From positions 9,770,641-9,808,587 of the forward strand of contig CP154954.1 of the NCBI GenBank assembly GCA_039621445.1: 37,947 bases of DNA. Direction: 5' to 3'. Positions 10,362 through 37,947 of this stretch are shown piece by piece (within the stretch, counting starts at the first letter, position 1; each line of letters starts with the position of its first letter). The notes beneath the pieces were generated by a model. It did not search any database. It was not told where the DNA came from and saw only the letters and a list, made by a program, of their open reading frames with translations. The position numbers and the translations under genes were made by a program. Source of the stretch: Euglena gracilis (Eukaryota).

Positions 10362-12227
10362 CAATCTGGCCAATGGCAAAGTGCGGAGCCCGAGGTGTCT
10401 CGTGCTCTTTCGAGGCAAGCCGATAAGGAGGAAGTGATACCGAGGGCGAAGCACAAATACATTGTGAGCCCGACCCCCCCACCCATATAAGAAAATTTGC
10501 CTTCAAAAGCCCTCGGTCAGAAGATGGGGGCCAGGGGGGGAGGTGGTGGGGGACCGGACCCCCTCAGGCAAAGAAACAGCGCGATGGTTGCCACGTCGGG
10601 GACGAGGCAGCCAACTCTGGCGAGGCGGCGCTAAGCAGGACCTCCTAACCCAGCGCACCAAACAATCACAGCAGACCGCCGGCGGGCAAGGCATGGCCTC
10701 GCAATGTCTTTGTGCTTCGCCCTCGGTGTCCCTTCCTCCCTGGTCCGCCTGCCTCGAGGGAGTACGGTAAAAATTCCGTGATCTTTTCGAGTGGGTAATC
10801 GCCCACTGTCCTCTTTCTGTGGGCTGAAAAAGGCGCGTGAAGTGGGCTGCGCCAACTTCTGCGCATTTCGCGTTGCTATATTTGGGGGGGTTGCAGCGCT
10901 GCAGACGCTCGCTTCACCGGCGGGGGTGCAGCACCATTTGGAACCGCAGATCTACTGGCCGATACTGGTCGATACCAGAGGGGTGCGCATTGAATGAGGC
11001 CTTGCGCCCCTCGGCTTTCGGAGTGAAACCCGGATGCGCTTCCGAGCCGTCCGAAATACCAGGCGACCAGGCCTTCAAACTCGTTAAAATGGGGCTATAG
11101 CCATCGCGATTACAACCAACCTCTGGAGCAGGCGCGACAGGAGCAAAGCCTTGCCCTCCTAAAAGCATTCGCCTCCTAAAAAGCCCGCAAACAAGGCATG
11201 ACTTCACTTGGTGTTTGCTGCGTAGCCGTGGTGCAGAATAATGAGAAAGAAGAGCTGAAAAGCTCACGTGCGAGAAATCATTGCGTGCCGTTGTTTGTCA
11301 TCCAGCGCAATTGTACAAGGCACTGCCGCATTGCAGTGTGGTTGCAAATGAGGCTGCACCAGTCCGACAGAAACAGAACAGTACGACAGAAACCCCCCCT
11401 CCTCCAGCCCCTGCAAACATTTGTCCATTATTGACTTCCATCGCCGTGCAATCATCTTCAAACCCTGATAAATCACACATTGAACACGTCCCCACATAAA
11501 AGAGACGGAATTTGTTATTTTTTGAGAATTTGGAAACGCCAGCAAATTGAGAAAGTGCACAAGATTTGGTCAGACCGGAAGACAGTTGAATCAAATATGG
11601 CAAGGCATCGTTCCTGCTTTCAGCATCAAATATTGCAAGCTTCAAAGACCTTATTTGGCTCAAAAACCCCTCCCTTCCTGCCGCTGGCAGAATTTTTTTC
11701 AAAGCACCTTAAAAATCCTGGAAAAAAAACAACTTAAAAAAACAAAAAGCCTTAAAAAAAATCCTTTATAAAACCTTAAAAAACCTAAATAATTAATTGG
11801 CCCTGGCCCTCGAATTGAAGTCGCAAAAAATCTTGGCAAAAAACTCGGGGAAAATGATTTCTGGCATTGTCTATCCACCAAAAAAATGGGTTTGGTTTTC
11901 AACTTGGATCGACGTTGGTTCGATGTCCAGATGGCTCTTTGACCGCCAATGGAAAATGGACACTTAAAAAATCTTCAAATTTTCAAAATGCCTCAATAAA
12001 CTTTTTTATTAAAAAAAAAAAACTAAAAAAAACCATGAATAACCTTGGATTTTTTTGCGAATTTCGCCTTAAAACAATGCCTGGTTGGCGACAACTGCCT
12101 TCTTGTGGACAGTTTTATGTGCAGTTCTGGGTTCCTAGGCTGAAAATGCCAGGGAAAGTTGGCAGCCGCAAGACATAACCTTCAAAAAAGGGGATGGTCT
12201 TTAGGGGGGTGTTCTTTGCACATAAAG

Positions 12228-31448
<19,221 letters not shown>

Positions 31449-31529
31449 ATCGTGTCTTTTGTTGTTTCATTGCCTTCACATGACACACAGGAAATTATAT
31501 TTGTGTACGGGGTGTACGGTGAGCTCCTG

Positions 31530-31670
31530 TCAGTCGCCTGAATTCAGCCTGGTCTGGGAGTTGGAGCGGATGGCGCTGATGGTGCGCTCCACGGTGTGCT
31601 CTGAGGGCATATACTGCATCCAGGGTTTGTAGTCGCTGGGCTTCTCCTTCTCGAACACCTTGCGGATGGT
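31530..31670 (-). CDS. Terminal exon of coiled-coil gene (TIRKVFEKEKPSDYKPWMQYMPSEHTVERTISAIRSNSQTRLNSGD*)
   Basis: CAG acceptor at 31671-31673, strong GC3 bias, TGA stop at 31530-31532. Confidence 0.8.
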   Translation of the reverse strand, partial: TIRKVFEKEKPSDYKPWMQYMPSEHTVERTISAIRSNSQTRLNSGD

Positions 31671-33966
31671 CTGTGAGTGCCAGACAGCGATAATGGTGAT
31701 TCACACATTACGACCCCCCTGGTGGAAAACGTGGTTGAAAAACTGCTGTCTGACCCCCCTTCCCAATCAGGGTTACCCAAAAGGCCTGGGACAAAAAATC
31801 GAAGCAACCACTTGGGATCACCTGAAATCCTCAACAATCAATTCAGTACGAACAGGGATTTCTTAGGCACCTCCGGGGTCCAGCCAGCCGGCTGGCAATG
31901 GTTGCTGGCCGGACCATCCCTTCCGGCTTGAGAAATGCAGTGATCATGATTTTTTTAAAAAAAAAAACTGTAAAATGGTTCAAAAATGCATGCTTGCAAA
32001 ACCTTTCAAAACAGAAATTCCTTCGCACAGAAACCTTGAAATGGCGGTTCTGCTTCTTCAGTTCATAGTACCGCTGGAAGGCCAACGTCTCGCCACAAAG
32101 GTGCCGAAGCTCACCGGCAGGCTGCGACACCAATGCTATCCATCCAGGCTGCCAATCGAAGTCACCCGGGCTGGCGCGACCATACAAATATATTTTTTTT
32201 TCAAAACTTGTTGAGAACAGGGCGTAGCTGACAAAAATTTGACCCCACCCCCCGGGTGGGGGTCCAGCCAGTCAGCCAGCAGCCTTTTTCCAGCCCGGGA
32301 CCCCCTCCCCCCCCTCAACAAATTTGATTTATCTCCAGCCGCCCTTCGTGCGGCTGGATGGTAACAGAATTCTTTCGCTTTCGGGGGTGAAAAAATGGCC
32401 AAAAATGGGCGAAAATGGGTCGGAAAAAGGGCTGGCCAGGGCAAATTTGGGGTCAAAAATCGACTTTTCTGCATACTTGGCAGTTATATGGACATTTTTG
32501 CGCTTTCGGTTATTTTCTTTGGCACCCAGTTGACCCGTCCAGGTCGGACCCAGCTCCAGTCCAGGAACCTATCTAGGGGGTCAGCCAGCAAATTATTTCC
32601 AACCAGCCTAAATTTTCCAGCCGCTGAGCTGGACCCCTCGGGGGGGGGGGGTCGTTTAAAAACGCCCTGGCGAGACTGGAAATGTGGAGAGGGGCCGAGG
32701 CGTGCTTCCCCGGAAATCTGCGCCAGAAGCCAGGAACGAGGAAAATGATGCCGATTGGGAGGATTTTGGGCAGGTGGTGCACTGATACATGGTAAAAAAG
32801 GAAAACATACACACACTGACACATATTAAGAACAATCACTCGATGCAACGATGTTCACTCGATGCAATGATGTTATTAATTTATTAGTAATCATTGTTAT
32901 TTATTACTATCATAGAAAAAATAAACAGCAGTGTGACGGCACAGACAATGATCGCACTAGTTATTGCAGTTGTCTGACTGAGCAAAAAAAACACAGGATG
33001 GCAACCCCATTGTTTTCCTGTTTTTTTGCTTTCTCCCTTTTGACACGTCGCGGCACAGCCCACTCCTCCTCCAGCTCGCCGTTCTCCTGCTGCTGCGCCT
33101 CGATCTGCTGCTGCAGCTCCGCCGTCCGCTCCTCGAACTGCCGCAGGTCGCGCTGCTTGGCTTCGATCTCCCGCACTGCGGCAAACGCAAACGGTTTGAG
33201 CTTTGGCCAACGCCGATTCCTGCACGACGAAGCACACCTGGGGGTCCGGGGGGGGGGGGGCTTTGCTGTGTGTCACACCTGCTTCCTCTTTTTCAGTAAC
33301 TTTGTGGTTGTCTTTGTTTGTGATTTTTGCTGCCATTAATCAGGGAATGTCAACGCAAAGATTGATTCGCAAAACAAACGCCGTTCCCCTCCAGCAACAA
33401 AGCATCAATTAAAGAAGGTGATAATGCTGACGCAGGAAATCCAAAGCCCTTCTTGGCAAAAAAAAAATCAAACTATGGAAAATGTCCCCTTCCTCCGAAC
33501 TCGCTGGCATGTCCATATGGCCTGCCTCCAACCTGTGTAATCACTGATCTGCCTGGAAGTAACTGACGACTAAGGACCCTGGTCGCTTTTTGGGGGGCTT
33601 CTTTCTTTCCTTTGTTGCAATGCCAAATGAAATTTATGACATGTAACATTGCCCCCCATGATTAAAAACAATTAAATTAAGAACCAATATTATTACCATG
33701 ATTTAAAAACAATTAAATTATGAATCAATATGAGTATCACGATTTTAAAACAATTAAATTATGAATCAATATTATTATCATGATTTAAAAACAATTAAAA
33801 ACAACTGGCCCACCTTTCTCGTCCACCGCCCGCCGGGCCTCCAGCAGCACCGCTTCCTTTTCCTTCAGTTCCCTCATGGCGGTCCCCACCTCAGACTCCA
33901 ACTTGATCCGTGTCAGGCTTGCATGCAGACACGAGGAAAAGCAGAAGAGAATTGCAAAAACGGAAT

Positions 33967-34021
<55 letters not shown>

Positions 34022-37000
34022 TGCGCGCGCATGTTGCCACGCGGAAGCATGCGCGCACACGAACACACGTGTGCAGGGTAGCAAAACAAAAACAATGTTC
34101 ACAGGAATTTACACACAGCATATACCCACACTGATATGTAACCAAAATTTATTGTGACACAAGAAAGAAAAAAGTCTGAGCAGTAAAATACCAAATAAAA
34201 TACCCAAAACCCCCATCCCCCGTGGGTCGACCCGCCTGCCCATCGATCTGCCCAACTAAACCAAACCCAAAACGGCGCGAAACTGATGGTGCCTCCCCGA
34301 GATCAGAAAATACTTTACATTCATTCATTTATCATTTTCCAATTTCTGTAACCACATTTACTGAAAATCATTGCATGACCTATTTTCCCATGTGTCTGAG
34401 CGCCATTTTTCAGTGAAAGAGAATGGGGGAAAAGTGTATGAGAATAACATGTGAATATAATAATATAATATGAGAAAATAAAGAGAATTTTCAATAAAAC
34501 AGAGTGTAAAAAAGATGAAATAGTAGCATTCCCTTCATAAATTCATTTAGCGCCCCATTTTAGAGGATGGATGGGTTGGCGCCATAAAAAAGAAGGGTTG
34601 CAAAGATGTTAGAAACCCAGCTGCAGACACTCCACTGCATCCATTCAGCTTGCTGAACATGTGCAAGTCTGATTTTCGCTTCTTCCAGATGTCGCTTCTG
34701 TGCCTGAAAGGCAAACATGGAGGACGAACATTGAGGCGTTCGAGCAGGTTGGTTCTACGTCCTCATGCTTGGATAAATTCATTGATTATCATGACTAAAT
34801 GTGAAAACGTTTAAAATTTGAATAGCATTTCAATTTTCACTTTCATAAATCAAGCTCCAAAAAAATATATGTTTCAACTCAAGCGAAAAAGTTCCAACCA
34901 GCACCTTTTTGATTGCACAATTGACTTTTCAGGAACAGAGGCGGGGCCATGGGGGATTGTGGGGACGCCTGCAGGTGGTGGTTCTCCTCCCGCTGCCGCA
35001 CGAGGGCGCTGGAGTTGGAGGCGGCGTGCTCCAGCTGCCCCAGCAGGTTGCGCCGTTCTGGCCGGAGCACGCAAATGTACGAGCTTTGGGGAATGCTTTT
35101 CAAACAGGGTTTTTTCTTAAGACCGGGGGGAGGGGGGTCCCCCCACCAACCCACCCACCCCCTGGGGGGGCCGCCCGGGGGGGGGGGAGGTCCCGAGGGG
35201 ACCCACCCACTTCCCCCCGAAAATGGCCAAAAATCGCGAAAATCCTAAAAATAGCACCGTTTTCAAAAACTTTCGACCTCCCAGGGGAACCCCCCCCGGG
35301 GGGGGGCTTGGCCGGACCCACCCACCCACCCTACCCCCCCCAGGGGTCTATAAAACCCCTGATTTCAAAACCACCTCCTGGAACCTCCTGGAGGGCCCTC
35401 CAGGGCAAGGTTGGGTTTGGGGTTTTGGGTACCCCCCAAGAATTTGGTTTTTGGGGATTCCCAAAAAAGCCCAATTTTTTTGGCTTGGGACCCCCGCTGC
35501 TTTTTTACCTCTTATTGGTGGAGATTTGATTTTTTTAAATCTTTTGGTGAAGATTTCAAAAAATTATGTCCTTGGGCACCTTTGGGGTATCCTAGAGGGT
35601 GAGCACCAACAACTCCTTGATTTATCAACCTCCAGGAGGCATGGGGGTTACCAGCAGCAACACTTGGGAATTCCTGCTGCAAAAAAACCCATTAGAATTC
35701 ACCTCTTGGAATTTTCCAACAAAGAACTCAACATTTTGGCATCCATATCGTCAATGGATTTTGCCCCTAAAAAATACATCAGGAAACGCCCTCACCCCCC
35801 TAATTGCCCCCCTCTCCCAGTTGGCTGATTCACCCAGGCTTTTGCTTAAGGACCCGGGGGGGGGGGGGGCTGGCTAGCCACTCGGCTAGACACTGGAAAA
35901 AATGGACTAACTACACCCCCCCTCCCCGGGGGGGGGGGGGAGTCCGGGGGTCCCCCCAACTGGAAAAATGAGGTTTTTAATAGGTTTTGGTTGTTTTGGT
36001 AGGTTTAATAGGTTTTTTCCAAAAATTCCCAAAAATGGCCAAAAACGGGAATTTTTGGCCATTTTTGGGGGTCCCAAAAAAAAGTTTTTCCACTAGCTAG
36101 CCCTGCTAGCAGACCCCCCCCCGGGGGGAGGTCTGCTAGAAATCCCACTAGCCAAATTTGGACTAGCCGCAGTCCAGCCTCCCCGGGGGGGGGGGGGGGG
36201 AACTGCAATCTCTTAAGCAAAAGCCTGGATTCACCTCCAGGACAAGACCGGCTGGTGAAATTTGGCATTCTCCAAAACCTCCTTTTCAAAATTAAAAGTT
36301 GCCAGATAATTTTATGGCAAGCCCAAACATGCACAAAAAAATCAACTAAATTTGCATGGGTCAAAAAAATAGGTCAAAGAAACGGGCCCCGCCACCCCGG
36401 GAAACTGTCACCAAACAAATCAGCTAATACAGAGGTAGGAGACATGTAGCCAGGTATGAGACCAGATGACAACTTCCCGGCAGGTCTGGTCAAAAGAACA
36501 AAGTTGACATTTTCAACTCCCCGACTAAAAAAAAAGAATCTGGAAAGGGACTTCAAAAAAATCCGAAAATTTCAAAAATGTGTAAAAATGCAGAAAAAAT
36601 TGAAAAATGTTAAAAATTAAAAATATAAAAGTTAAAAAATGGGCAAATCACAAAAAAATGCACTAAAAAGGGAAAAAATGCGCAAAAATGCGGAGTGCTG
36701 AAAAAATGTGCAAAAAGGTGAAAAAAAATGTGAAAAAAAACGCGAAACACATCCCCCCTGGTGGGAGGGGGGAGGGGGCCGTCCTCTGCCGATGATGGTT
36801 GTTTGCAAGGGAAGATATTTCAGAAAACAAAGAAAACTATTGCCAAAAAATTGTGGGGACAGGGGGGGGGGGCTTCCACTTAGATTCGGCGCGGTTCCCA
36901 GGCGAAACGGGCCAGAAAATCCGAAAGGACGGATGCTGGTCACCCTTCACAACCCCCCCTGATCACTCTACTTGCCCCCCCAGGGGGGCCGGGGGGAGGA

Positions 37001-37947
37001 GAAAAGTAGAGTGATGCTACCGTTTGCTTGCTTGCTTGCTTGCTTGCTTGTTTGTTTGTTTGTTTGTTTGTTGTTTGTTTGTTTGTTTGTTTGTTTGTTT
37101 GTTTGTTTGTTTGTTTGTTTGTTTGTTTGTTTGTTTGTTTGTTTGTTTGTTTGTTGTTCATTCATTCAGTCATTTATACACGTAAGTAGTTAGTTTGTTA
37201 GTTAATCATTTAATTTATTGATTTTCTGACTGATTTATTTATTTGGTAGCAATGAACTATATGGCCCGCCAAGTGGTTCATCCTGGGGGGGCAGAGAATT
37301 CTACGCTGTTCCCACTTCTCGTTTCAAAGCCGGGGTTATGTTCGGAAATAAGTTTAGAGTTATGGCCGGGTTGCTGTGGGACTCCCGTTGTCATTGTTTT
37401 GGGCCAAAGTCAGGCTGGATTTTGGCCGAATTCAGGTGAAATTTGGGCAAAAACTCAAAAACCTTCCCAGATGGAGTTCTATTTCCATATTCTTACTGCC
37501 CCCCCCCCGGGTGAATTGCCCCCCCAGCCCCCCCAGGAGGGGGCATATAATTCATTGCAGCAATGAACTACTTAGCCCCCGGAAACACATAATTCATCGA
37601 CGCCATTTTTATTTTATCATTTGTTGAGTCGTTCTCTTAGTACGTTTCGGAACGAAAAAACAACCATCTGTTATCAACTACCGGGGAACAACAGGGAAAA
37701 AATACAAACAACAAAAGAAACGTTTTTTTCATTCCACGTGTGCCTTTCTTCTTGCTATATTCTTCTTCGCATTCTTGTTTTTTGACCTTATTATCTTGCA
37801 TTTCTCAACCCCATTTGTGAGAGGCCAAGAAGCAAAATATCCAATCCGACGTGCTCCGAATCTGATTCCTCGAATGGGACGGGGGTTGGGGAGGGGAGGG
37901 TCCAACACCTTCCTGGGAGTGGTGCAGCTGCCTCCGTAGGGCATCGC
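31530..37947 (-). CDS. 3' part of a multi-exon coiled-coil protein gene (unknown function; continues beyond window end)
   Basis: Exons: DALRRQLHHSQE (~37909-37945), AKSIDDMDAKML (~35.7 kb), ERRNLLGQLEHAASNSSALVRQREENHHLQ (~34965-35100), AQKRHLEEAKIRLAHVQQ (~34645-34703), IKLESEVGTAMRELKEKEAVLLEARRAVDEK (~33814-33908), LREIEAKQRDLRQFEERTAELQQQIEAQQQ (~33050-33175), FQRYYELKKQNRHFK (~32035-32115) and a terminal exon. Confidence 0.75.
32218..32669. mobile_element. MITE-like element, TIR cagggcgt/acgccctg, internal ccagcc repeats
   Basis: Perfect 8-bp inverted ends and internal C-run/G-run hairpins. No clear TSD. Confidence 0.6.
33657..33803. repeat. AT-rich minisatellite, ~3.5 x 40-41 bp
   Basis: Unit catgatttaaaaacaattaaattatgaatcaatattattat. 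Confidence 0.9.
33968..34018. repeat. (CA)n microsatellite
   Basis: Directly visible. Confidence 0.95.
35105..35361. mobile_element. MITE-like non-canonical intron, TIR caggg(g/t)tttt, 8-bp TSD ttttcaaa/atttcaaa
   Basis: Removal gives QEVVLK-SIPQSSYICVLRPERRNLL in frame on the minus strand. Confidence 0.78.
35834..36227. mobile_element. MITE-like non-canonical intron with perfect 16-bp TIR caggcttttgcttaag and 7-bp TSD gattcac
   Basis: TIR at 35834-35849 and 36212-36227. gattcac at 35827-35833 and 36228-36234. Lies between coding-like segments. Confidence 0.8.
37022..37156. repeat. (GCTT)n-(GTTT)n tetranucleotide microsatellite
   Basis: Directly visible. Confidence 0.95.

Larger units (their letters stand above)
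8783..10766 (+). mobile_element. DIRS1-like retrotransposon, copy C (5'-truncated: RNase H end, MT-like, YR, ICR, 3' ITR)
   Basis: Starts at KWCMEHNINLQVKWVPSKECLADPIS. YR contains LYRSSDL, PHSTRRAGV and IGQ...AAHYQRLG. ICR 10370-10470 is complementary to the 3' end 10696-10766, which ends in gagggagtacg like copy B. Confidence 0.88.

Noticed and set aside
33657-33803. CRISPR-like regular repeats (also 12430-12662 and 8713-8778)
   Set aside because: These are head-to-tail units without unique spacers, in a eukaryotic context with no cas genes.
36940-37193. KQTN/VCLF repeat ORFs (and HT/VC ORFs at 33.9-34.1 kb)
   Set aside because: These are translations of simple repeats.

Overview
Eukaryotic genomic DNA, most likely from a euglenid-type protist. 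This is inferred from the mixed GT-AG and non-canonical, terminally base-paired introns. Positions 1-10.8 kb are a nest of three decayed DIRS1-like tyrosine-recombinase retrotransposons (gag, RT-RNaseH-MTase-like, YR, with ITR/ICR ends): two on the minus strand and one 5'-truncated copy on the plus strand. Small Ty3/gypsy RT and integrase scraps lie between and inside them. Positions ~12.2-31.4 kb carry a heavily fragmented minus-strand locus with several glycosyltransferase family 61 (DUF563)-like motif sets. Positions 31.5-37.9 kb carry the 3' part of a minus-strand coiled-coil protein gene. The main signal is that many larger introns are MITE-like elements with CAG...CTG terminal inverted repeats and 7-8 bp target-site duplications. 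Removing the element plus one TSD gives an open reading frame across the junction, which suggests DNA-transposon-derived non-canonical introners. These sit alongside tiny 24-39 nt GT-AG introns. Exon boundaries are approximate, and apparent homopolymer indels break many frames.
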